The notes: a model not told the origin generated them from the letters alone. Positions 1 to 7,659 are shown, counted from the first letter of the stretch. The stretch: 16,675 nt of DNA from Candidatus Heimdallarchaeota archaeon (GCA_021399395.1 JAAFKJ010000122.1:1-16675); one strand, 5' to 3'. Translations and numbers: made by a program.

Positions 1-110
1 AAGCCAAACCAAAAGCTAAAGATACCAAAGATACCAAAGATACCAAAGATACCAAAGATACCAAAGATACCAAAGATACCAAACCAAAATCCAAATCAAA
101 AGAGGAGTAA
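1..110 (+). CDS. rps3: 3' end of a gene, by position ribosomal protein uS3 (partial; low-complexity C-terminal tail)
   Basis: Frame starting at nt 3 is open: AKPKA(KDT)x7 KPKSKSKEE, stop TAA 108-110, followed by AGGTG SD and uL29. Identity rests only on the conserved order uS3-uL29; no core domain is visible. Confidence 0.7.
   Translation, partial: AKPKAKDTKDTKDTKDTKDTKDTKDTKPKSKSKEE
18..80 (+). repeat. 9-bp tandem repeat AAAGATACC x7, encoding (KDT)7
   Basis: Seven perfect copies counted: 18-26, 27-35, 36-44, 45-53, 54-62, 63-71, 72-80. Confidence 0.97.
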
Positions 111-120
111 GGTGTAAAAA

Positions 121-324
121 ATGGCCATTATCAGAAATAGTGAAATAAGAAAGATGAACAAAGATCAAAGGCTTAGAAAATTAGAAGAATTTAAGAAAAA
201 ACTCTTTACAATTCAATCCGAACTTTCATCTGGAGGTTCAATTGAGAATCCTGGGCAAATTCAAGAATATAAAAAAGCTATTGCTCGTCTTAGAACAATA
301 ATGACTGAATTAGATGAAATTTAA
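121..324 (+). CDS. rpl29: 50S ribosomal protein uL29
   Basis: 67 aa; EIRKM...ENPGQIQEYKKAIARLRT motif; SD AGGTG upstream; operon position. Confidence 0.95.
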   Translation: MAIIRNSEIRKMNKDQRLRKLEEFKKKLFTIQSELSSGGSIENPGQIQEYKKAIARLRTIMTELDEI

Positions 325-632
325 TGTCAAAGACAAATAAGAGAGGGAGTAGGAAAGCTTCTGTTTGGAAAAGCCTTACTAAATCTTTGATAGGTTTGAG
401 GGTTAGTATCCATAGAAGTTCTTCAAAAGAATGGGAGGGAATAAAAGGTATCATAATTGATGAAACCTTTAATTTGCTAAAAATAGAAAAAGCGGGTAAA
501 ATTATATCAATTCCAAAATCCAATCAAGTTTTTGAGCTCGAGATTGACGATGGATCGAAAATTCTAGTTGACGGTCACCTCCTAGAAGGCAATCCTGAAC
601 ACCGTATAAAGAAGAAGTTAAGAAATTGGTAA
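324..632 (+). CDS. rnp1: Ribonuclease P protein component 1 (Rpp29/Pop4)
   Basis: LIGL.V...GIKGIIIDETFNLLKI...IPK...VDG.LL.G.PE.RIKK pattern; lies between uL29 and uS17; TAATG overlap with rpl29. Confidence 0.9.
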   Translation: MSKTNKRGSRKASVWKSLTKSLIGLRVSIHRSSSKEWEGIKGIIIDETFNLLKIEKAGKIISIPKSNQVFELEIDDGSKILVDGHLLEGNPEHRIKKKLRNW

Positions 633-682
633 TAATTTATCTGTTTAGTTTATCCATTTTTATTCGTATTACTTGTAATTTC
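633..682 (+). terminator. T-rich tract, putative archaeal terminator after rnp1
   Basis: TTTATCTGTTTAGTTTATCCATTTTTATT directly after the stop and before a promoter-like element. Confidence 0.45.
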
Positions 683-695
683 TAAAAAGACTTAA

Positions 696-714
696 CAATA
701 AAAAGTATTAAAAA
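696..714 (+). promoter_or_regulatory. Putative internal BRE+TATA promoter for the rps17-rpl6 unit
   Basis: CAATAAAAAGTATTAAAAA: purine-rich BRE-like run followed by TATTAAAA; exact copy at 4753-4771. Confidence 0.7.
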
Positions 715-770
715 GATAGAAATTGGCAAAAATCTGAAAACATATTCGTATTGAATAAAAGATACGTATA

Positions 771-864
771 GGTATGCGACGTCTTACTCCAAAGAAATTT
801 GGAGCTATGATTGCTTCCTTTGTTTTTGAATACAGGGGAATGCATGGGTATAAGACGCTATACC
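771..864 (+). ncRNA. Candidate structured 5' leader (three-way junction) upstream of rps17
   Basis: Pairings read by eye: GGTATG 771-776/TATACC 859-864; CGTCTTA 780-786/TAAGACG 851-857; CTCCAAA-GAAA-TTTGGAG 787-804; CTATG 805-809/CATGG 843-847; TTCCTTTGT 815-823/ACAGGGGAA 832-840. Abuts the SD GAGGTGA 865-871. Confidence 0.65.
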
Positions 865-877
865 GAGGTGAAAAGAA

Positions 878-1210
878 ATGAGTAAAGTAAGGAATGTAGG
901 TATTCCAGGCGTTGAACCCCCTACTACCGAGTGTGATGACCCACGATGTCCTTTTCATGGACGACTTCCAGTAAGAGGAAGAGTATTCACAGGTAAGGTG
1001 GTTTCAGATAAAATGCGAAGAACTGTTGTTATTAGACGAGATTATCTGAAGTATGTTAAAAAATACAGAAGATACGAACGTGCACATGGGAAAATTTCTG
1101 CCCACAATCCTCCTTGTTTGAATGTAAAAGAAGGAGATATAGTTGTAGCTGCAGAATGCAGACCACTAGCTAAGACTGTAGGTTTTGTCGTTGTTCAAAA
1201 AGTAAATTAA
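878..1210 (+). CDS. rps17: 30S ribosomal protein uS17
   Basis: [32 protein letters not shown] motifs; SD GAGGTGA. Confidence 0.98.
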   Translation: MSKVRNVGIPGVEPPTTECDDPRCPFHGRLPVRGRVFTGKVVSDKMRRTVVIRRDYLKYVKKYRRYERAHGKISAHNPPCLNVKEGDIVVAAECRPLAKTVGFVVVQKVN

Positions 1211-1219
1211 GGTGATAAA

Positions 1220-1636
1220 ATGGCAAAAAGAAAAGTTATTGGTAGACCTCAAGTTCATATTACTAAGGGGTTAATAGTTGGTTCAAGGATGAAATGTGCA
1301 GATAATTCTGGAGCACGTATTGTTCAGATTATTGCTGTTAAGAACTACCGAGGTAGACTTAACCGTATCCCTAAAGCATCAGTTGCAGATATGGTAATAG
1401 TATCTGTCAAACAAGGAACCCCACAGAGAAGAAAACAAATCTTTCCTGCTGTGGTAGTGAGACAAAAGCTAGCTTTTCGTCGTAGATCTGGAGATTGGAT
1501 TGAATTTGAGGAGAATGCAGTAGTTTTGACAAATGAAGTTGGTGATCCTATAGGAAGCGAAATTCGAGGACCTGTTGCTAAAGAAGCAGCTGAAAGGTGG
1601 CCAAGAATTGCACACCAAGCTTCAATAATAGTGTAG
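1220..1636 (+). CDS. rpl14: 50S ribosomal protein uL14
   Basis: CADNSGAR, AVVVRQK, FEENAVV, GPVAKEAAERWPRIA motifs. Confidence 0.98.
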   Translation: MAKRKVIGRPQVHITKGLIVGSRMKCADNSGARIVQIIAVKNYRGRLNRIPKASVADMVIVSVKQGTPQRRKQIFPAVVVRQKLAFRRRSGDWIEFEENAVVLTNEVGDPIGSEIRGPVAKEAAERWPRIAHQASIIV

Positions 1637-1646
1637 GTGAAAGAAG

Positions 1647-2213
1647 ATGAAACAAACACAATCAAAACAACCTCGAAAACAAAGAAAAAGCCATTTCAAA
1701 GCAGATTATCATTTGAGAAATCGAAAAATGACTGCTCTTCTATCTGATGCATTAAGAGAGAAATATGGTATTAAACGTCTTCCAATTCATAAGGACGATA
1801 AAGTAATAGTTTTCAAAAATGTTTCAAAAGATGAAGAAATCAAAGGAAAAGTGATACGTGTTCTACCCCAAAGATATTCAATTCATGTTGAAGGGCACAG
1901 TAAAGAAAAAGCAGATGGTACAATTGTCAGTTTTCCTGTTCATCCAAGTAATATCATTATTACTTCGCTAAATCTCCGAGATAAGAGAAGACGCGCGATA
2001 ATTCAAAGAAGATCAAAGAAAGAAATTACCGAAGAAGAATTAACTGAAGGTATATTCGATGATGAAGCTGAAATTGTAGAAGACCTTGATGATATTGATG
2101 TTTTAGAAAGTGAAGAATTACTAGATGAAGAATTCGAAGAAATTGAGATGGATGAACTCGACGAAGAGCTCGAGGAAGAATCCAAAGTTGAACAAGAGGA
2201 GGAATCATCATGA
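1647..2213 (+). CDS. rpl24: 50S ribosomal protein uL24 with a 63-aa acidic C-terminal extension
   Basis: SKQPRKQRK, LS..LREKYGIKRLPIHKDDKV, VHPSNIIIT motifs; residues 126-188 contain 35 D/E. Confidence 0.96.
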   Translation: MKQTQSKQPRKQRKSHFKADYHLRNRKMTALLSDALREKYGIKRLPIHKDDKVIVFKNVSKDEEIKGKVIRVLPQRYSIHVEGHSKEKADGTIVSFPVHPSNIIITSLNLRDKRRRAIIQRRSKKEITEEELTEGIFDDEAEIVEDLDDIDVLESEELLDEEFEEIEMDELDEELEEESKVEQEEESS

Positions 2214-2956
2214 CAAAAGGTGGAGGAAAACGACATTTAAAGAGATATGTTATTTCTAAACATATTCCAATTCACAAGAAAGCTTACAAATACACAGTGA
2301 GACCAGCTCCTGGACCTCATGCTGCAGATGATTGTATCCCAATCGCAATATTGCTCAGAGATATGTTTCATTATGCACGCAATATGAGTGAAGTTAAACG
2401 CATTTTATTCGAACGTAATGTAATCATTGATGGTAAAGTTAAAACAAATAGAAAACATCCCCTAGGATTTATGGATGTTGTTTCTTTGCCTAAGATGCAA
2501 AAACATTACAGAATGGTATATGCACTTAAACAGGGATTAAGACCTATTTCTATTAAAGAAGCTGAAACAAAAGAAAAATTGTGTCAGATTAAGAACAAAA
2601 CAGCCATCAAAGATGGTTTAATACAGCTTAATCTACATGATGGACGAAATATAGTTCTTAGTAAAGGAGCAACAACTACAAATTCTTATTTCACACATGA
2701 TACCATAAAAATCTCTCTTCCTGATCAGAAGATAGTTGAGAGGTATGAACTCAAAGTTGGAAATTATGGTTTCGTTACAAGTGGTAGATGGATGGGTAAG
2801 CACGGAACTATTGAAGAGATTAGTACACATGGTACTAAGATGACAAAGACAGTTACATTGAGTACTCCTGAAGGAGAAAACTTAGTTACTCTCTACAGAT
2901 ACATTTTCGTTGTAGGGAACAAAACTCCAAGTGTGACTATTGCAGAAGAGAAGTAG
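2210..2956 (+). CDS. rps4e: 30S ribosomal protein eS4
   Basis: GGKRHLKR, PGPH, PLGFMDVV, QLNLHDGRNI motifs; ATGA overlap with rpl24. Confidence 0.98.
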   Translation: MTKGGGKRHLKRYVISKHIPIHKKAYKYTVRPAPGPHAADDCIPIAILLRDMFHYARNMSEVKRILFERNVIIDGKVKTNRKHPLGFMDVVSLPKMQKHYRMVYALKQGLRPISIKEAETKEKLCQIKNKTAIKDGLIQLNLHDGRNIVLSKGATTTNSYFTHDTIKISLPDQKIVERYELKVGNYGFVTSGRWMGKHGTIEEISTHGTKMTKTVTLSTPEGENLVTLYRYIFVVGNKTPSVTIAEEK

Positions 2957-2966
2957 GTGATGATGG

Positions 2967-3533
2967 ATGGCAGAAGAAGTTATAGAACAAGAAGCATTCG
3001 TTCCTAAATTCAATGAAGAATGGAAAAAACATCCTATGAAAAAGCCTATCTTAAAAGCGCTAATTATTAACACTAGTGTTGGTGAATCAGGTCCTAGATT
3101 TGAAAGAGCAAAAGAAATACTCCGCCAAATCACAAAACGTGAACCAGTAGATAGACCAGCAAAAGAATCAATTAGAGGTTTTGGAATTCGTAAAGGAGAA
3201 CCAATTGCTGCAGTAGTAACATTAAGAGGGGAAGATGCAACAACATTACTCAGAAGATTGCTCTATGCTTATGATTATGAAGTTAAATCAAGTTCTTTTG
3301 ATCAACAAGGTAACTTCGCCTTTGGTATTACTGAGCACGTCGATATTGAAAATGCTCCATTTGATCCAATGTTAGGTACAATTGGTTTTAATGTGGTGGT
3401 AAAAATTGAACGTCCAGGATATCGAGTAAAGTATAGACAAAGAAAGAGGCAGAAGCTACCTAAGAAACATTATGTTTCTCCAGAAGAAGCAATGGAGTTC
3501 ATAACAACAGAATTTGATATGAGGATCGTGTAG
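2967..3533 (+). CDS. rpl5: 50S ribosomal protein uL5
   Basis: INTSVGESG, FGIRKGEPIA, SFDQQGNFAFGI.EH, RPGYRVK motifs. Confidence 0.98.
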   Translation: MAEEVIEQEAFVPKFNEEWKKHPMKKPILKALIINTSVGESGPRFERAKEILRQITKREPVDRPAKESIRGFGIRKGEPIAAVVTLRGEDATTLLRRLLYAYDYEVKSSSFDQQGNFAFGITEHVDIENAPFDPMLGTIGFNVVVKIERPGYRVKYRQRKRQKLPKKHYVSPEEAMEFITTEFDMRIV

Positions 3534-3542
3534 GTGACGGAA

Positions 3543-3710
3543 ATGCAGGAAAAACGAGAAATTAAATATGGAAAAGGATCAAGAACATGCAGACGTTGTG
3601 GAACTCATAAAGCTATTATAAGACGTGGAGGCTTATTTGTTTGCCGACGATGTATACGAGAGATATATTCCAAAATCGGCTTCAAGAAAACAGGAGGCCG
3701 TGGAGGCTAA
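3543..3710 (+). CDS. rps14: 30S ribosomal protein uS14, zinc-binding type (not in the ORF track)
   Basis: Translated by hand, 55 aa: [55 protein letters not shown]. Two CxxC motifs, SD AGGTGA, canonical position between uL5 and uS8. Confidence 0.96.
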   Translation: MQEKREIKYGKGSRTCRRCGTHKAIIRRGGLFVCRRCIREIYSKIGFKKTGGRGG

Positions 3711-3723
3711 GGAGGACAGAAAA

Positions 3724-4113
3724 ATGCAAATGGATACATTAGCAGATGCAATGTCTGCAATACTAAACGCAGAAAAAACAGGTAAGAAAACCGTCACTGT
3801 TAAACCAGCTAGCAAAACGATTGCAAATGTTCTAAGAACAGCTCAAAGAGCAGGTTATCTTGGTGAACTTGAATTTATTGAGAATCATCGAGGTGGACTG
3901 TTCGAAATCCAACTATTAGGACGTATCAACAAATGCGGTGTTGTTAAACCACGTTTTCCAGTGAAAAAGGATCAATTTGAAGAAGAAGAAAGAAAATATC
4001 TACCAGCTAGAGGTTTTGGAATACTTATAATGACAACTCCTGAAGGTGTGATGACTCATGAGGATGCCAAAGAGAAAGCAATAGGCGGTCGTTTATTGGC
4101 CTATATATACTAA
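3724..4113 (+). CDS. rps8: 30S ribosomal protein uS8
   Basis: DTLADAMSAILNAE, GRINKCGVVKPRF, GGRLLAYIY. True start is ATG 3724 after GGAGG; the track's 3625 start overlaps rps14. Confidence 0.97.
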   Translation: MQMDTLADAMSAILNAEKTGKKTVTVKPASKTIANVLRTAQRAGYLGELEFIENHRGGLFEIQLLGRINKCGVVKPRFPVKKDQFEEEERKYLPARGFGILIMTTPEGVMTHEDAKEKAIGGRLLAYIY

Positions 4114-4124
4114 GGTGATATGTG

Positions 4125-4676
4125 ATGAAGCAACTCTACTTACAAAGAGAAATTGAAGTTCCTGAAGATTTGAAATTAACAATTAAAGATAAAGTTGTTA
4201 CAGTTGAAGGACCTAAGGGTACTCTAACTAGAAGCTTTGAAAATGTTGATTTTGATATCAACAAAAAAGGGAAGAAAGTTCACATAAAAGCTTATTATAT
4301 CAACAAAAAACGAAAAGCAGCTACTCTTGCTGTTGTTGGTTACATAAACAACATGATAAAAGGCACTATGGACGGATATCTCTTTAAATCTAAAATAATC
4401 TTTAGTCATTTTCCTATTACTGTCGAGCCCGATAATAAGAAGAAACTCGTTACTATCAAGAATCTATATGGTGGAAGAAAACACATTATAGTACCAATTG
4501 TAGGATCAGATACCAAAGTTTCCATAGATAAGGATGATGTGATTATTAAAGGAATTGACAAAGAAGCTGTAGGGCAAACAACTGCAAATATGCAAGAAGC
4601 TTGCAGATTACGTGGTAAAAGAAGAAAAGATCCTGAAACTTTTATGGACGGCATATGGTTGTGGCATAAAGAATAG
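4125..4676 (+). CDS. rpl6: 50S ribosomal protein uL6
   Basis: V.GPKG.L.R, HFPITV, GIDKEAVGQTTAN, KD.ETFMDGIW motifs; start ATG 4125 (or GTG 4122). Confidence 0.97.
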   Translation: MKQLYLQREIEVPEDLKLTIKDKVVTVEGPKGTLTRSFENVDFDINKKGKKVHIKAYYINKKRKAATLAVVGYINNMIKGTMDGYLFKSKIIFSHFPITVEPDNKKKLVTIKNLYGGRKHIIVPIVGSDTKVSIDKDDVIIKGIDKEAVGQTTANMQEACRLRGKRRKDPETFMDGIWLWHKE

Positions 4677-4681
4677 CCACA

Positions 4682-4750
4682 TCTATTTTATTTTCATAAC
4701 ACTATTTTTATTTTTGTTTCTTTCAATTCCTCAAATTAGTTTATTTTCTT
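4682..4750 (+). terminator. Long T-rich tract, putative terminator after rpl6
   Basis: Several T4-T5 runs, e.g. TATTTTTATTTTTGTTTCTTTC, immediately after the stop. Confidence 0.55.
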
Positions 4751-4752
4751 AC

Positions 4753-4771
4753 CAATAAAAAGTATTAAAAA
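4753..4771 (+). promoter_or_regulatory. Putative internal BRE+TATA promoter for the rpl32e-rpl15 unit
   Basis: CAATAAAAAGTATTAAAAA, identical to 696-714, about 55 nt upstream of the rpl32e start. Confidence 0.7.
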
Positions 4772-4825
4772 CTCAAGAAGGAAGGGTAGCGTACATTACA
4801 AGGTAACATTCTACTGTGAGTGCTT

Positions 4826-5356
4826 ATGACAACCGATAAAAAGAAGTTATTGGAAAAACGAAAGCAGATCAATGCTCGTAGACCTAAATTTGTACGTCAA
4901 GAAAGTTGGCGTTACAACCGTGTCAAAAAGAGTTGGCGAAAGCCAAAGGGTATTGATAATAAAATGCTTGAGAAACGAAGAGGTTACCCTTCTATGGTTA
5001 GCATAGGATATAGGGGACCTAAAAAAGTCAGAGGTCTACATCCTTCGGGTTATCAGGTAGTTCATGTTGCTAATATCTACGAATTAGAAGAAGTAGATAA
5101 AGAAAATGAAGCAATTATTATTAAGCATACTGTGGGTGCTCGAAAACGGCAGGCTATTTTAGACACTGCGTCCGATTTGGGGCTAAAAATTATTAATCCT
5201 CCAGCTCGAATAGAAGAGTTTGGTGAAGTACTCGAAGAAGGTTTGCTTGAAGAAGAATATGAACTCCTTGATGATGAGTTCGAGTTCGATGAAGATCTCG
5301 AATTGGATGAAGACCTAGAATCAGATGAAGAACCTAAGGAGGATTCTTCATCGTAG
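4826..5356 (+). CDS. rpl32e: 50S ribosomal protein eL32 with a 47-aa acidic C-terminal extension
   Basis: RPKFVRQE, WRKPKGIDNK, GYRGPKKVRGLHPSG motifs; the last 47 aa contain 26 D/E; start ATG 4826 (or GTG 4820). Confidence 0.97.
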   Translation: MTTDKKKLLEKRKQINARRPKFVRQESWRYNRVKKSWRKPKGIDNKMLEKRRGYPSMVSIGYRGPKKVRGLHPSGYQVVHVANIYELEEVDKENEAIIIKHTVGARKRQAILDTASDLGLKIINPPARIEEFGEVLEEGLLEEEYELLDDEFEFDEDLELDEDLESDEEPKEDSSS

Positions 5357-5379
5357 AGAAACTGAAGTGAGGTTTGATT

Positions 5380-5844
5380 ATGGACGTTAAAACCCAAAGA
5401 AGAATAGCTGCTAAGATTCTAAAAGTCGGAGTTAATCGAGTGAAGATTGATCCTGATAGCTTACCTGATGTTGCTTTGGCTATTACACGAGAAGATGTTC
5501 GCCGTCACATTGATGATGGTGATATCAAAAAGCGTAAAGTCAAAGGGATAAGTAGGGGAAGAGCAAAAGCTGTTGCAGCCAAAAAGAAAAGAGGACAAAG
5601 AATCGGACCTGGAAGTCGAAAAGGACCTAAATATTCCCGTCTTTCAAGCAAAGATAGATGGAAGAATAAGGTTAGAGCTCAAAGAAAGTATTTGAAATCA
5701 CTTAGAGATGAAGAATATATTGACACTATTAACTATAGAAAGCTCTATCTCCAATCAAAAGGTGGTCTTTTCCGTTCTGTTCGCTATCTTCGAAACTATA
5801 TTGCTGAACATGGTTTAGCAAAGAAACGTCTTCCGGAATTGTAA
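5380..5844 (+). CDS. rpl19e: 50S ribosomal protein eL19
   Basis: QRRIAAKILKVGVNRV, AITREDVR, GPGSRKG, KGGLF motifs; ATG 5380 preferred for its spacing from GAGGT. Confidence 0.97.
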   Translation: MDVKTQRRIAAKILKVGVNRVKIDPDSLPDVALAITREDVRRHIDDGDIKKRKVKGISRGRAKAVAAKKKRGQRIGPGSRKGPKYSRLSSKDRWKNKVRAQRKYLKSLRDEEYIDTINYRKLYLQSKGGLFRSVRYLRNYIAEHGLAKKRLPEL

Positions 5845-5856
5845 TGAGGTGTAAAT

Positions 5857-6498
5857 ATGTCAAGACGAAGAAGAAGAGGTTTCAAAAAGAAACGAAGATT
5901 ACAACAGAAGCAGAAAAGGCAAGGTCCACTATATAGAGTGCCTTTCAGAAGACGTAGAGAAATGAAGACTGATTATCAACAACGTAAGAGACTCCTAAAA
6001 TCTGGTAAAATACGTTTTATAGCCCGTCCTTCCAACAAGCAAGTTATGGTTCAATTTGTAGAATCAAAAATCGGTGGTGATCATACTTTTGTTCAAGTAA
6101 GATCTAACGATTTGAAAAAGCATGGATGGGATATAGCTACCTCAAATCTTCCAGCTGCTTATCTAACCGGCTATCTAGCTGGAAAGAAAGCTGCTAAAGC
6201 TAAGATTAAGGAAGCTATTTTAGATGTAGGAACTTTTGCAGTCAACCCTGGTACAAGAATATTTGCTACATTGAAGGGTGTTGTTGATGCTGGCATTACT
6301 GTGCCATATAATGAACGAATGGTCCCTCCTGAAGATCGAATCAGGGGTGAGCATATTAAGGCTTATGCAAAACAATTAGCAAAAGATGATAAAGAGAAAT
6401 ATGACAAAATATTCTCAAAATATCTTGCAGTTAGTAAAAAACCTGAAGATTTGCCTAAATTGTTTGACGCAACCAAATCTAAAATCGACACAATATAA
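5857..6498 (+). CDS. rpl18: 50S ribosomal protein uL18 with a basic N-terminal extension
   Basis: GP.YRVPFRRRRE.KTDY, NLPAAYLTG, LKG.VDAG, RIRGEHI motifs. Confidence 0.97.
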   Translation: MSRRRRRGFKKKRRLQQKQKRQGPLYRVPFRRRREMKTDYQQRKRLLKSGKIRFIARPSNKQVMVQFVESKIGGDHTFVQVRSNDLKKHGWDIATSNLPAAYLTGYLAGKKAAKAKIKEAILDVGTFAVNPGTRIFATLKGVVDAGITVPYNERMVPPEDRIRGEHIKAYAKQLAKDDKEKYDKIFSKYLAVSKKPEDLPKLFDATKSKIDTI

Positions 6499-6512
6499 TG
6501 AGGTAGAAAAAA

Positions 6513-7151
6513 ATGAGTAGAGATATGTATATGGATCTAGATGAATGGGAACCTCGAACACGAGTTGGAAGACTTGTGAAAGAGGGTAGAATTACCACAA
6601 TCGATGAGATATTCCAACAAGGATTACCTCTAGTTGAACCAGAAATTGTAGACATGCTATTTGGCGATACCATAGAAGATAATGTTGTGGATATTAGTTT
6701 GGTGCAAAGACAAACAGATGCTGGTAGAAAAAGAAAATTCAGGGCAACAGTTGTTGTTGGAAACAAAAATGGTTATGTTGGTGTCGGTGAAGCTAAATTG
6801 AAAGAAATTGGCCCCGCCATCAAGAAAGCAATTGTCAATGCAAAACTAAACATAAGACCAATTAGAAGAGGATGTGGTTCATGGGAATGTTCATGTGGAA
6901 CTCCCCATACTGTACCGTACAAAGTAACAGGAAAAGTTGGATCTACAGAAGTGATTCTCTATCCCGCACCAAGAGGACTTGGATTAGTGGTTGGTAACAT
7001 TGCAAAGACAGTTTTAGAGCTGGCAGGAATTTCAGATGTTTGGAGTAAAACATTTGGTGAAACCAGAACAACATCTAACTTCGCAAAAGCAACATTTGAA
7101 GCATTAAAGAACAGCTATGAAATCATGGCTCCATATGATTGGACACGTTAA
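6513..7151 (+). CDS. rps5: 30S ribosomal protein uS5
   Basis: [41 protein letters not shown] motifs. Confidence 0.98.
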   Translation: MSRDMYMDLDEWEPRTRVGRLVKEGRITTIDEIFQQGLPLVEPEIVDMLFGDTIEDNVVDISLVQRQTDAGRKRKFRATVVVGNKNGYVGVGEAKLKEIGPAIKKAIVNAKLNIRPIRRGCGSWECSCGTPHTVPYKVTGKVGSTEVILYPAPRGLGLVVGNIAKTVLELAGISDVWSKTFGETRTTSNFAKATFEALKNSYEIMAPYDWTR

Positions 7152-7165
7152 GGAAGTTGGAAAGA

Positions 7166-7654
7166 ATGAGTCAAAATAAAGACAAACTAGAACTAATAGC
7201 AGTCATTCGTCTGAGAGGAACAGTCAATGTCCATTTCAAAGTCAAAGAGAACCTTGAGATGTTGAATGTTCGAAGAGCTAACTATATGACCTTGGTACCT
7301 AACACTTCCTCTTATCTGGGAATGTTAAAGAAAGCCAAAGATTTCATTACTTGGGGCGAAGTCAATCAAACAGCTCTAGAACATGTAATTGCAAAACGTG
7401 GTGAACTTCCAGGTAGAACAAAGATAACTAACAAATACTTGAAGGATACTACTCCCTTCACAACAATAAAGGCCTTATCAAAAGCATTCTTAACTGGTGA
7501 AGCACATTTCAAAGATGTTCCAGAGATGAAAAGATTCTTTAGACTACATCCAGCTAGAAAGGGATACAAGACAGTTAAAAGAGGCTTTGCAGAAGGTGGT
7601 GAACTTGGTTATAGAGGTTCTGCTATAAATGAATTAATTGTGAGGATGGCTTGA
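7166..7654 (+). CDS. rpl30: 50S ribosomal protein uL30
   Basis: AVIRLRG, GMLKKAKDFITWGE, FRLHPARKG, GGELGYRG..IN.LI.RM motifs; ATG 7166 avoids the overlap with rps5. Confidence 0.96.
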   Translation: MSQNKDKLELIAVIRLRGTVNVHFKVKENLEMLNVRRANYMTLVPNTSSYLGMLKKAKDFITWGEVNQTALEHVIAKRGELPGRTKITNKYLKDTTPFTTIKALSKAFLTGEAHFKDVPEMKRFFRLHPARKGYKTVKRGFAEGGELGYRGSAINELIVRMA

Positions 7655-7659
7655 TAAAC

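Noticed and set aside
300-340. No aIF1/SUI1 gene between rpl29 and rnp1
   Set aside because: That gene is only variably present at this position in archaea.
661-752. 10-bp direct repeat TATTCGTATT (661-670 and 743-752) flanking the internal promoter
   Set aside because: Short and AT-rich, and not seen at the twin promoter at 4753; cannot be separated from chance.
692-958. 88-aa minus-strand ORF across the rnp1-rps17 gap (likewise 15417-15611)
   Set aside because: No recognisable motif, overlaps an r-protein gene antisense, and the gap is better explained by a promoter plus structured leader.
2003-2236. Ser-rich antisense ORFs (also 5077-5397)
   Set aside because: They are mirror images of the GAA/GAT-rich acidic tails, with no independent coding evidence.
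3625-3723. 33-aa N-terminal extension of uS8 suggested by the ORF track
   Set aside because: It overlaps the real rps14 gene in another frame; ATG 3724 has an SD and gives the normal 129 aa.
4120-4127. Start-stop mini-ORF ATGTGA overlapping the rpl6 start
   Set aside because: The ATG is too close to the SD, and such words arise easily in GTGAT-rich initiation regions.
4785-4815. Weak hairpin before rpl32e (GGTAG/CTACT, TTAC/GTAA) as a third leader
   Set aside because: Few pairs, and the 5' strand probably lies upstream of the predicted start near 4793.
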